Source: Octopus bimaculoides (taxonomy: Eukaryota). Taken from it: a stretch of DNA of 37,423 bases. Position 1 is the first letter of the stretch. Every line of letters begins with the position of its first letter. The stretch lies in contig NC_068986.1 of assembly GCF_001194135.2 (NCBI RefSeq), forward strand, positions 12,089,709-12,127,131, given 5' to 3'. Below are positions 23,956 to 34,919 of the stretch, piece by piece. The notes beneath the pieces are model-generated. The model was given only the letters and a program-made list of their open reading frames with translations. It was not told the origin of the DNA and ran no database searches. The position numbers and the translations under genes are program-made.

Positions 23956-24450
23956 NNNNNNNNNNNNNNNNNNNNNNNNNNNNNNNNNNNNNNNNNNNNN
24001 NNNNNNNNNNNNNNNNNNNNNNNNNNNNNNNNNNNNNNNNNNNNNNNNNNNNNNNNNNNNNNNNNNNNNNNNNNNNNNNNNNNNNNNNNNNNNNNNNNNN
24101 NNNNNNNNNNNNNNNNNNNNNNNNNNNNNNNNNNNNNNNNNNNNNNNNNNNNNNNNNNNNNNNNNNNNNNNNNNNNNNNNNNNNNNNNNNNNNNNNNNNN
24201 NNNNNNNNNNNNNNNNNNNNNNNNNNNNNNNNNNNNNNNNNNNNNNNNNNNNNNNNNNNNNNNNNNNNNNNNNNNNNNNNNNNNNNNNNNNNNNNNNNNN
24301 NNNNNNNNNNNNNNNNNNNNNNNNNNNNNNNNNNNNNNNNNNNNNNNNNNNNNNNNNNNTAATATATATATAAATATAATATTAATGATAATAATAATAC
24401 AATATAAGTACTACATATATAATGCACATTATGCATATACCTCGCCATAC

Positions 24451-24491
<41 letters not shown>

Positions 24492-25380
24492 CTCGAATAT
24501 ATATGTATGAATATACACACATACACATGTATGTATATATAAATATATGTATACATATGTGGACATATACATAATGTATATATATAGTATATACATGCAT
24601 GTATCTGTAGTATATATAAATGTATACCTATAGTATATACGTACTATATATACACACATATACATATATAAATACGTATAGATACATATACATATATAAA
24701 TGCATATAAATACATATGTACATATAATCACACACACGCACACTCACGTACCCTCCCCGCACACATACACACATAAAGTTATTTGGACGTAACAAGAGTG
24801 ATGGAGTTTATAGCATTACAATTCTACCATTTTTAGTCAATATTAATATACTGCCAGCGCCTCGGAATAAAGACGAAAATAACAGAAGAAAACAAGACAA
24901 AAAAAAAATGCAAAATACAAAAAGAATAACGCAAAAAACATACAACTAAACAATAATATTCTCTCATCTTAAAGCTAATGTGCTAACAACAGTAACATGT
25001 ACGAATAAAGAATAAGAAAACAGAAAAAAAAAAAACATTTATTCTTTCATTCTCTCATTCTAATCATAGTTGAAATATGGTTTTTTTTTCTTTCTATGAT
25101 ATGTTTATGTTTTATATTATTATTTTTCAGTTCTTCGGTTCCATATTCGATTTGGTTATAATATTCTGCTTCAATGGTTCATGCCAGCAACATATGGTTG
25201 GTAGGAAATATGAGACATTACGGCATCGATCGTTTTTTTTTTAGAGATTTTCTTTTAGTATTGTTTTTTTTTTCATATAAATTATTTTTACTTTTTCATT
25301 TCTTAAAAATAATTTTTATTTATTTATTTTTTATTTTTTTATCTTTTATATTCTACCATATGATGTAATATATGTGTCTA

Positions 25381-25414
<34 letters not shown>

Positions 25415-25746
25415 NNNNNNNNNNNNNNNNNNNNNNNNNNNNNNNNNNNNNNNNNNNNNNNNNNNNNNNNNNNNNNNNNNNNNNNNNNNNNNNNNNNNNN
25501 NNNNNNNNNNNNNNNNNNNNNNNNNNNNNNNNNNNNNNNNNNNNNNNNNNNNNNNNNNNNNNNNNNNNNNNNNNNNNNNNNNNNNNNNNNNNNNNNNNNN
25601 NNNNNNNNNNNNNNNNNNNNNNNNNNNNNNNNNNNNNNNNNNNNNNNNNNNNNNNNNNNNNNNNNNNNNNNNNNNNNNNNNNNNNNNNNNNNNNNNNNNN
25701 NNNNNNNNNNNNNNNNNNNNNNNNNNNNNNNNNNNNNNNNNNNTTA

Positions 25747-25783
<37 letters not shown>

Positions 25784-25843
25784 TTATATATGTCTATAAG
25801 CATATGTATATATGGAAATATGTTTATCTTTCTTTCTTTCTTT

Positions 25844-25876
<33 letters not shown>

Positions 25877-25901
25877 CTCTGTCTGTCTGTCTGTGTCTCT
25901 C

Positions 25902-25940
<39 letters not shown>

Positions 25941-26273
25941 GCTTGTTCCTCTACATACAAACATACACACACATACATACATACATACATACATACACAC
26001 ACACACATATATATACACATAATACATACACGCACACATATATGTACGAATGTATGTATGTATGTATGTATGTATGTATCTGTGTATGTGTGTACATATA
26101 ATGTGTGTGTATATGTGAGCGTGTGAAACAATAGAATATAATATATATCAGAAATCAATATCTGTTTCAAGCTACGTATTAAACCAGTCGGTAAACAAGG
26201 AAAACAACTACACATATTTCTACTTAGACTCTCGATAAGTAACATCGATGGGAATCGATAGCAATATATGCAT

Positions 26274-26319
<46 letters not shown>

Positions 26320-26687
26320 NNNNNNNNNNTATATATATATATATGTGTGTGTATGTGTGTGTGTGTGTGTGCATATGTGCGTGCATATATATATGCATGT
26401 ATGTATGCATGTGTGTGCGTGTTTATGTGCGTGTCTGTGTGTTTTATATACATTTATACTTAAATGATTGCATACAAATACATATGACATAATTTGTGAT
26501 TGCATAAGTACATATATATATATATGCGTGTGCATACATTTGTTTAAATATGTATATATGTATAATGCATATATAACTAAATTCTTGTATATGTACACAC
26601 ATACAAGAAGATATATATACCTACGCATATATATGTATACGCACATACGTATTAACATCGATAAATACCTAAAGATCTACGTAAATA

Positions 26688-26723
<36 letters not shown>

Positions 26724-26934
26724 NNNNNNNNNNCGTAATAAACTGTCGGAACTACCCGGAATTGTTTAGGGCTAGCGAAGATATCAGTAAAATTTTAGCG
26801 TCCTCTAGCCTCCTCTTGAAAATATATACCCTAATACAAGATTCTAGCTATTTTGGGGAAAATAATCTGGTTGAAAGATTGAGACATATATAGATATATC
26901 CATCCATCCATCCATCCATCCATCCATCCATACA

Positions 26935-26968
<34 letters not shown>

Positions 26969-26976
26969 CATTGTAT

Positions 26977-27333
26977 GTTCCAGTTGATCCGATCAACGGA
27001 ACAGCCTGCTCGTGAGATTAATGTGCAAGTGGCTGAGGACTCCACAGACACGTACTATGCTTAACGTAGTTCTCGGGGAGATTCAGTGTAACACAGAACG
27101 TGACAAGGCTGGGCCTTTTGAAATACAGGTACAACAGAAACAGGAAGAAAGGGTGAGTAAGAGAAAGTTGTGGCGAAAGAGTACAGTAGGCTTCGCCATT
27201 ACCTCCGGCCGGAGCTTCGTGGAGCTTTAGGTGTTTTCGCTCAATAAACACTCACAACGCCCGGTCTGGGAATCGAAACCGCGATCCTACGACCGCGTGT
27301 CTGCTGCCCTAACCACTGGCCCATTGTACCTCC
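26977..27333 (-). mobile_element. tRNA-derived SINE, non-CORE centre, 3' region shared with 8801-9130
   Basis: Minus: TGGGCCAGTGGTTAGGGCAGC A-box, GGTTTCGATTCC B-box; tail GGCTGTTCCGTTGATCGGATCAACTGGAAC. Confidence 0.88.
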
Positions 27334-27468
27334 ACCGTATACACTTATATGCATGCATACATACGCAGTTGATACTTATATACATATGTACGTATGTAAG
27401 TAATACATATGTAGATATATATATGTATGTATGTTCCTACATACAAACGTAAATACATATATACTTGC

Positions 27469-27616
27469 AAAGAGAATGAGGATAACTGTGGACAACTGTT
27501 TCGAAACGTTCAGCTTCTATATCCTGATTTATAAATTCGCATTTACACCAATAATAACTGGAGCACTTGAGTCTGCGAGAAAATGCCTAAGTGACAATCT
27601 TGAAAAGATAGTTTCC
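27469..27616 (+). mobile_element. Internal R4/Dong family A-like fragment
   Basis: KENEDNCGQLFRNVQLLYPD/YKFAFTPIITGALESARKCLSDNLEKI; homologous to 14430-14530 and keeps a segment deleted there. Confidence 0.75.
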
Positions 27617-27619
27617 ATA

Positions 27620-27790
27620 CAGGAGTCATCATCGTATGACTGTGGTTTCGATTCCTGGATGGAGCGATGCGTTGTGTTCTCGAGGCAACCATTTTAATTC
27701 ACGTTGCACCTCCCCACTCTTCAGGCAAAGATGAGTAAACATGGGGTAGACCGGCATCCCGTCTACGGACGCCGGTCTGTCACAGGGTGG
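27620..27790 (+). mobile_element. Degenerate tRNA/CORE-like SINE with a third tail type
   Basis: GGTTTCGATTCC B-box, GCGTTGTGTTCTCGAGGCAACC...TTCACGTTGCAC centre, TAGACCGGCATCCCGTC tail. Confidence 0.6.
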
Positions 27791-27869
27791 TAGTGTATAC
27801 GCCAAGGAGCCTAGATAGCCAGGTTCTATGAGTCTATATGAGTCGAGAAAGAGTTTTATTCTTTTACCA

Positions 27870-28017
27870 CGTTTCTTTCTTGAAGCCAGATTGTTCGACA
27901 GACAAATTCCTTTCCCAAAATTGGCGGAAGCTGGTGCAGAATAATTTTCAGAACAAATTTCAATGTATGAGATGTGATGGCAAAAACAATTGTCTTCATA
28001 ATTAATAGACCCTCGTA
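27870..28017 (-). mobile_element. Possible mariner-type terminus (single end)
   Basis: Minus strand starts TA-CGAGGGTCTATT, resembling TACGAGGG mariner TIRs; no partner end found. Confidence 0.35.
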
Positions 28018-28405
28018 AATCATTTTCATTAAGTTACAGACTTGTAGGCGTAGGAGCAAAAAAGTCGCCGCCCTGCCACGCTATTAATCCTGTCGTCTAC
28101 TTTCTGCCGAACTGCAAACAAACGCACACCGGCTGTCACAGGATCACGGGAGGCCAGCTGAAAGACACACACACACACACATATATACACACAAGAACTC
28201 ACACACATAGAAACACACACACACACACACANNNNNNNNNNNNNNNNNNNNNNNNNNNNNNNNNNNNNNNNNNNNNNNNNNNNNNNNNNNNNNNNNNNNN
28301 NNNNNNNNNNNNNNNNNNNNNNNNNNNNNNNNNNNNNNNNNNNNNNNNNNNNNNNNNNNNNNNNNNNNNNNNNNNNNNNNNNNNNNNNNNNNNNNNNNNN
28401 NATAT

Positions 28406-29316
28406 ACTAGCTGACGTTACCCGGTAATTCCCGGGAAAGCGGGCTTATCCCTTGGTTCAGTTCTCATAATTGTTTTGCTAGTCTAATAACGACAACACAA
28501 AGTATGTAGCCCTTTAAACGGTTTTTGTGCATTCACAGAAAATACCGAACTGTCTTACACAGGATCTTGATTTTAGGAATTTCCAATAAGTTATGAATAC
28601 CCAAATTGTGAAGTCAGTTATGTAATAACATGAAATTAGTTTCCCGATAGTAAGAATTCGAATAAAGTAGCCCCGAAAAGGGCTTTCATGCGTTCCTAGA
28701 GTATACAGAACTTAGGAGGAAATGCCAATAAGTTATTATACTAAAATCGTGAAGCATGTTACGTAATAACAGGTTAATCAGATATGAGACAATAACAATT
28801 CAAAGTAAATAACTCTGACAGGGCTTTTGTGCAGTCCCAGAGAATATTACCTCAGCGGCGCTAGTGTTGGTATATTCATGAATCAGTCACTAACCGAAAT
28901 AAGTGGATCTATTGCTTAGGAAATTACTATGTACTTGTTTAAGGGTTGTACTGGATAAACTGCGCAAATAACTCTAACAGTTCAAATACGAAGAAATAAA
29001 CATACTCGATTTGATTTATACCAAATGATTTAGAAAAATGAATGGGTTATTTCCCTTGGCTGTTAAAATTTTGTTCGAATGGGTTATTTCTCTTGATGTT
29101 AGAATGAAATATATTAGATATATATATAATGATCCCTTCCAGGAGCCCTATTATCGACTTTTTCAACAATCTGTGTATGCCATGAGGTTTCCAGACATGA
29201 GTTCTACTATCATGTCAAGTTTCATCAAAAACGATAAAACGATGTGGGAGGAGTTAGCTAACAGCTCCAGAAAACACACCCACAGACAGAATTTCCCACA
29301 TACATATGTAGTAGAT
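28406..29316 (+). mobile_element. Non-autonomous Helitron/Helentron-like element with internal ~140-bp degenerate tandem repeats
   Basis: 5' ACTAG...CCCGG-TAATTC-CCGGG subterminal inverted repeat; 3' AAGTTTCATCAAAA...ACAGACAGA...TAGAT pattern typical of DINE/HINE-like elements. Confidence 0.55.
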
Positions 29317-29471
29317 ATAATACATATTACGGAAGTGTACTTGCATAGCAAGTGACTTGATCTGAGATCGTGTGGTGAAACAAAAACAATTGCAACGCGG
29401 AAGGTGTTTATAAGCCATTTAAAAAACACACAAAAATCATTAGATTCACTTTAACATTTAAATTTAATTTG

Positions 29472-29518
29472 TGTCAAAATATTTTCGTCGCATTGAAACC
29501 GCGACCTGTTTACTAACA
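29472..29518 (-). ncRNA. Variant hammerhead-like motif, left arm (G3-C8 type, G5>A lesion)
   Basis: TGTTA-GTAAACA-G-GTCGC(GGTTTCAAT)GCGAC-GAAA-ATAT-TT/TGACA. Confidence 0.55.
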
Positions 29519-29539
29519 AAATGAGGTGCAGCACGAAAT

Positions 29540-29590
29540 TTTGTCAATGAACAGGTCGCGGTTTCAATGCGACAAAAATATTTTGACAAA
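29540..29590 (+). ncRNA. Variant hammerhead-like motif, right arm (N3=A, G12>A lesions)
   Basis: TTTGTCA-ATGAACA-G-GTCGC(GGTTTCAAT)GCGAC-AAAA-ATAT-TT/TGACAAA; 7-bp stem I. Confidence 0.55.
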
Positions 29591-29780
29591 TTAAATTTAA
29601 ATGTTGAAGTGAATCTAACGGTTTTTGTGTGTTTTTTGAATGGTTCATAAACACCTTCCACGCTGCAATTGTTATAATACATATATTTTATACAAACATG
29701 TGTATATATGTACGTATATATAGTTGTGCATTAATATAAATACATATATGTCGCACATACACATATAAATATTACATACA

Positions 29781-29905
29781 CGACGGGCCTCCGCACACTT
29801 TTCGTCGAATTAACTCATGAGGCATTGGTGTCGGTCAGGAGGTGTTGTGGAAGATACTCGCGCAAAGATCCACGCTGTGCGATTGAACCCAAAACTACGT
29901 GATTG
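29781..29905 (-). mobile_element. Degenerate family B SINE 5' part
   Basis: Minus: GGGTTCAATCGCACAGCGTGGATCTTTGCGCGAGTATCTTCC...GCCCGTCG. Confidence 0.6.
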
Positions 29906-30483
29906 CCTGCATCTATGCAATTAGAATACAGCAACATTTAAATTAAAAATAGTAACAGCAACAACAGCATCATCATAATGTTGTTCTAGCTGTTTTGATT
30001 CTGTTCTTTTTGGTTTTGTTTTCTCCATGTTGGAGTTTGATTTAATAAAAACAGAATTTCGGATTATTAGCAAAACATTACGGATTTTAATGATTTCAAT
30101 AAATTTCAGACTTTTAATTTAAATAATTCAACAGAAATTAGAGAATTATTTACAGAAAATAAAATCAATAAATTTTCTTTTTAATAATTCAAAATTATCA
30201 TTTTAAACAGAATTTCTTTCGCGAAATTTGCTTAAATAATTTACAGATTTCAAATTTATATTTCTCCAATCTAAAAAATAAAACAAAACAAAACAAGACA
30301 AAACAAAAGAAAAAACCCTGAATTATTGAGGACATTTTCGATTTTGTTGTCGTTGTTTTTGCTACAAATGTTGTTGTTGTTATTGGTATAACATTTTATT
30401 GTTCTGCTGTATTATGTTTGTTGTTTGAGGCGCTGTCATAACTATTGTGGAAACAACTATTTATTCATGTCGAAACGGTAAGA

Positions 30484-30548
<65 letters not shown>

Positions 30549-30733
30549 GGCGAGCTGGCAGAATCGTTAGCATGCTGAATGGAACGCTTAGCGTATTTCG
30601 CAAAGCTCTGAGTTCAAATTCCGCGGTGGTCAACTTTACCTGTCATGCTTTCGGAGTTCATAAACTAAGAACCAGTGAAACACTGGGGTCGATGTAATCG
30701 ACTTATGCTTGCCCTTGTGGCAAAATTTGAAAC
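30549..30733 (+). mobile_element. tRNA SINE family A
   Basis: GGCGAGCTGGCAGAATCGTTAGC...CTGAGTTCAAATTCC...CACTGGGGTCGATGTAATCGAC; follows (ATT)n, ends in (TAC)n. Confidence 0.88.
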
Positions 30734-30759
30734 TACTACTACTACTACTACTACTACTA

Positions 30760-30970
30760 AGGCAGCGAGCTGGCAGAATCGTTAGCACGCCGGGCCAAAT
30801 GCTTAGCGGCATTTCGTTCGTCTTAACGTTCTGAGTTCAAATTCCGCCGAGGTCAACTTTGCCTTTCATCCTTTCGGAGTCGGTAAATTAAGTACCAGTG
30901 GAACACTGGGGTCGATATAATCGACTAGTCCCCGCACCCACCAAACATTTCAGCCCTTATTGAAGAAAGG
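30760..30970 (+). mobile_element. tRNA SINE family A, head-to-tail with the previous copy
   Basis: Same diagnostic motifs; (ATT)n tail. Confidence 0.9.
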
Positions 30971-30994
30971 ATTATTATCATTATTATTATTATT

Positions 30995-31121
30995 TATTCT
31001 TTTATTTGCTTCAGCCACCCGACTGCAGCCATGCTGGAGCACCACCTTTTAGTCGAGCAACTCGACCCCGGAACTTATTCTTTGNNNNNNNNNNNNNNNN
31101 NNNNNNNNNNNNNNNNNNNNN

Positions 31122-31154
<33 letters not shown>

Positions 31155-31160
31155 GCATTC

Positions 31161-31191
<31 letters not shown>

Positions 31192-31356
31192 AACGACGGG
31201 CTTCTTTCAGTTTCTGTCTACCAAATCCACTCACAGGGCTTTGGTCGGCTCAAGGATATAGCAGAAAACACTTGCCCAAGGTGCCACGCAGTGGGACTGA
31301 ACCCAGAACCATGTGGTTAGTAAGCGAGCTACTTACCACACAGCCACTCCTGCGTC
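30995..31356 (-). mobile_element. Family B SINE spanning a small gap
   Basis: Minus: GCAGGAGTGGCTGTGTGGTAAG...GGGTTCAGTCCC...GGCACCTTGGGCAAGTG...CAGCATGGCTGCAGTC. Confidence 0.88.
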
Positions 31357-31358
31357 TA

Positions 31359-31411
<53 letters not shown>

Positions 31412-33031
31412 GTTGTTGTTGTTGTTGTTAATATTATTGATATTATGATGATAGATAATGCATTTTAGCTAAAAACTTTATAATTAGTTTTCATTAGTCC
31501 AAGTTTTGAGTATATAGGTCGAGCAAGGCATTGTATAAGAAGTAGAATAGGAATGCCAGAAACGGGTGGGATAACAGTGTCGTAGCATGTCAAATTGGTC
31601 GTCTCCATCCTTAAACATACCTTCATCTCGAGCATTGGCGGTTTTATAGTGGACACCCAGTGTATTTTGAAAACTCTGCAAAAACCCACGTCACTCCAGT
31701 GTGTGATAAGCAATCATGATGAAATAAAACCAGTTCAGGTTGAAGGGGTCAAAGAAACGGGGGAAGGGCCACTGTTTGGTAATAAATGAGTGTAAAAATA
31801 TTCAAGAGATGAGGTTAGTTGTTGAATGGAGCTCACATCGAAATATTTAAAACATACAGAAAGAGGCCGACAAATATCGCATCAGATCTTGAAACGCACG
31901 AAATAAATAAATAAACGAATACATAAATAAATAAGAAAGAAATATGGGTTTTATGGGTCATCGTTATATTTCATTGAACAGTGAAATACAAATCAACAAT
32001 CGGAACTTTTCTCTTCCGTTGGAGAAACTTGTGGTGAGATCAAAGAAAATGAAATGCACTCGGAACAAAAATGACTTAAAAACCATAATATTAACAGAAG
32101 CACAATGGGTAATAATTTTCACGTTACAAGCCAGAAGCGTGATGTTTTTTTAACGAGATTCGTTTTGTGTTCTACAATACTTATATAGACTTTTGGTATT
32201 GATGTTTCAAGACGCCATTCTACGGTTTGACATTGCGCCAAACATACGAAAGCAACGTAACTTCAATGTACACATTGACAAACATTCATCTCTGCCAATA
32301 AAAAGCACAAACATAGATGTGTATGTGTTTGCAGGCTTGCATGTAGTAAGCACAGGTGCGTGATTGGGGGCACCTCTATGTATATAATAGTATAATGCTA
32401 TATACATAAATATACATGCAGTGAGAGAGACATATATATATATATANNNNNNNNNNNNNNNNNNNNNNNNNNNNNNNNNNNNNNNNNNNNNNNNNNNNNN
32501 NNNNNNNNNNNNNNNNNNNNNNNNNNNNNNNNNNNNNNNNNNNNNNNNNNNNNNNNNNNNNNNNNNNNNNNNNNNNNNNNNNNNNNNNNNNNNNNNNNNN
32601 NNNNNNNNNNNNNNNNNNNNNNNNNNNNNNNNNNNNNNNNNNNNNNNNNNNNNNNNNNNNNNNNNNNNNNNNNNNNNNNNNNNNNNNNNNNNNNNNNNNN
32701 NNNNNNNNNNNNNNNNNNNNNNNNNNNNNNNNNNNNNNNNNNNNNNNNNNNNNNNNNNNNNNNNNNNNNNNNNNNNNNNNNNNNNNNNNNNNNNNNNNNN
32801 NNNNNNNNNNNNNNNNNNNNNNNNNNNNNNNNNNNNNNNNNNNNNNNNNNNNNNNNNNNNNNNNNNNNNNNNNNNNNNNNNNNNNNNNNNNNNNNNNNNN
32901 NNNNNNNNNNNNNNNNNNNNNNNNNNNNNNNNNNNNNNNNNNNNNNNNNNNNNNNNNNNNNNNNNNNNNNNNNNNNNNNNNNNNNNNNNNNNNNNNNNNN
33001 NNNNNNNNNNNNNNNNNNNNNNNNNNNNNNN

Positions 33032-33072
<41 letters not shown>

Positions 33073-33737
33073 TGCTAATTATTGTTGTGATTGTTGTTGC
33101 TGTTCAGAAAAATTACTCAGAGTGTATTATCTTTTTTGAAACCACTTTTCTATATGAGGACATGTACGCGTGTGTATGTATGTATGTATGTATGTATGTA
33201 TGTACGTATGTATGTATGTATGTATGTATGTATGTATGTATGTATGTATGTGTTTGTATGTATATATGTATGTGTTTGTATGTATGTATGTATGTGTGCA
33301 TGTATATATGTGTGTTTGCATGTATGTATGTATGAATATATGTATGTATGTACGTATGTATGTATGTATGTATGTTTGTATATATGCGTTTGTATGTATG
33401 TATATATGTTTGTATTTATACTTGTATGTAGGTATGTATATATGCTTGTATGTAAATGCGTGTGTGCGCATGCGTGCGTGTATGTACGCATGTATGTATG
33501 TATTTGTATGAGTATATCTACCTATAGATGTGTGTGTGTGTGTTGTTTACTAATGATTGCTTTCACTTTGCTACGACATTCTGAACGAATTGAGATATAT
33601 AGCAACGCATTAAAACATGATGGCTTCGATCTAATTTTTAATACCAGATCTTAAAGAACAGCAACGAGGTTTTTGAGTTCTTTGTTTATCGCAATCCGCT
33701 CTATGGAAATTGCTTTTAAATGTCATTCCTTTTTACC

Positions 33738-34143
33738 CTTCATCGTTTGCTTGTTTCAGTCATTAGACTGCGGCCATGCTGAGGCAACACCTTGAAAAAT
33801 GTTTTGTCGAATGAATCGACTCCAATACTTTTTTGAGGCTGGTGCTTATTCTATCGATCTCTCATGCCGAACGGGGACGTAAGTTATGGGGACGTAGACA
33901 TACCGACACCGATCGTCAAGTGGTGGTGGGGGACAAACGCAGACACAAAGACGCAGACACAAAGACGCAGACACATGGGTTTATACACATATGGGGTTTC
34001 TTTCAGTTCCTATCTCCCCAATGCAAGGCTTTGGTTAGCCCGGGGCTATAGTAGAAGACACTTACTCAAGATGTCACTCAGTGGGGATGAACCCGGAACC
34101 ATGTGGTTGCGAAACAAGCTTCTTACCACACAGCGACGCCTGT
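33738..34143 (-). mobile_element. Family B SINE, near full length
   Basis: Minus: GCTGTGTGGTAAGAAGCTTG...GGGTTCATCCCC...GATAGAATAAGCACCAG...CAGCATGGCCGCAGTC. Confidence 0.88.
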
Positions 34144-34157
34144 GTCATATTAATAAA

Positions 34158-34526
34158 AACAAGAGCACTCAGAGAGCGCAAACCTCCCCGAAGGCAACAC
34201 CAACGTCTTCTCAACGATTAGCCAGAAATAATTTTTAAAATGAGAATATCTGAAATAAATTTGACTGCTCTCACAAACAAGAAAACTAAAAATGAACCCG
34301 ATCTCTCTCAAATAATAAAAAAAAAAACAGGAAAAATAATCCAGAATCCTTGTCCGGTATCGGAGCGATCCCAAAATCTAATCAGTTCGTGTCAGTCATG
34401 AGGCCAAACGTCTCTGAAAGTTTCATCCGAATCTACTCTGCAGTTCTTGAGATATCTTGTCTACAGACAAACAAACAAACGCGACTGAAAACAATACCTC
34501 CGCCTTCGCCAAAGCGGTGGTAATAA
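34158..34526 (+). mobile_element. Non-autonomous Helitron/Helentron-like element
   Basis: 5' AACAAGAG with hairpin GCACTC-AGA-GAGCGC; AAAGTTTCATCCGAATC; ACAAACAAACAAAC; 3' GC-rich hairpin ACCTCCGCC-TTCGCCAA-AGCGGTGGT. Confidence 0.6.
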
Positions 34527-34614
34527 TGTTAAATTGAAACAAATGAATAATTCCAGTTAAAGCATATGTGTACTGCTTTGTTTTTATGACTATATATCTT
34601 TATTTTCGTTTTAC

Positions 34615-34915
34615 TTAGAGCTTCCGATTTTACCACTTCCGGTTAGCTTCCAGTGAGTGGACAGCAACCTGTGGTCAAAGGTCACACAGGGTCTCTTTCC
34701 ACGCTACTTAACCCCCAGTACCAATCTCAAAATCTTCGCTATCCATCAAGAGAGTAATTTTCTGAGCATGTTCTGTTCTCGTGTCAATTCCGATTTCTCC
34801 GACATATTACTCCGACCTGGCTGTTAGTGCTCCCAGCGCCCCTGAAACTACCGCGATGACCATTACTCTCTTCATTGCACACATTCGTGAAATTTCCTCT
34901 TTTAGTAGTGCATTA
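34615..34915 (-). mobile_element. R4/Dong-type LINE 3' end, family D
   Basis: Minus: LLKEEISRMCAMKRVMVIAVVSGALGALTARSE*YVGEIGIDTRTEHAQKITLL/GIAKILRLVLG, then UTR. Confidence 0.75.
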
Positions 34916-34919
34916 TTTG

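Larger units (their letters stand above)
29385..29673. repeat. 289-bp foldback (two ~138-bp inverted arms, ~15-nt spacer)
   Basis: AACAATTGCAACGCGGAAGGTGTTTAT... vs ...ATAAACACCTTCCACGCTGCAATTGTT; arms align along their length with scattered mismatches. Confidence 0.95.

Noticed and set aside
31621-31675. Possible 55-nt minus-strand exon (TTTTTGCAG acceptor, AAG/GTATGT donor; SFQNTLGVHYKTANARDE)
   Set aside because: No recognisable homology and no supported neighbouring exons; RNA-seq junction reads would be needed.
8801-34143. tRNA-like A/B boxes as tRNA genes; spaced repeats as a CRISPR array
   Set aside because: The tRNA-like heads lack full cloverleaves and run into SINE bodies; no constant-repeat, unique-spacer array or cas gene exists here.
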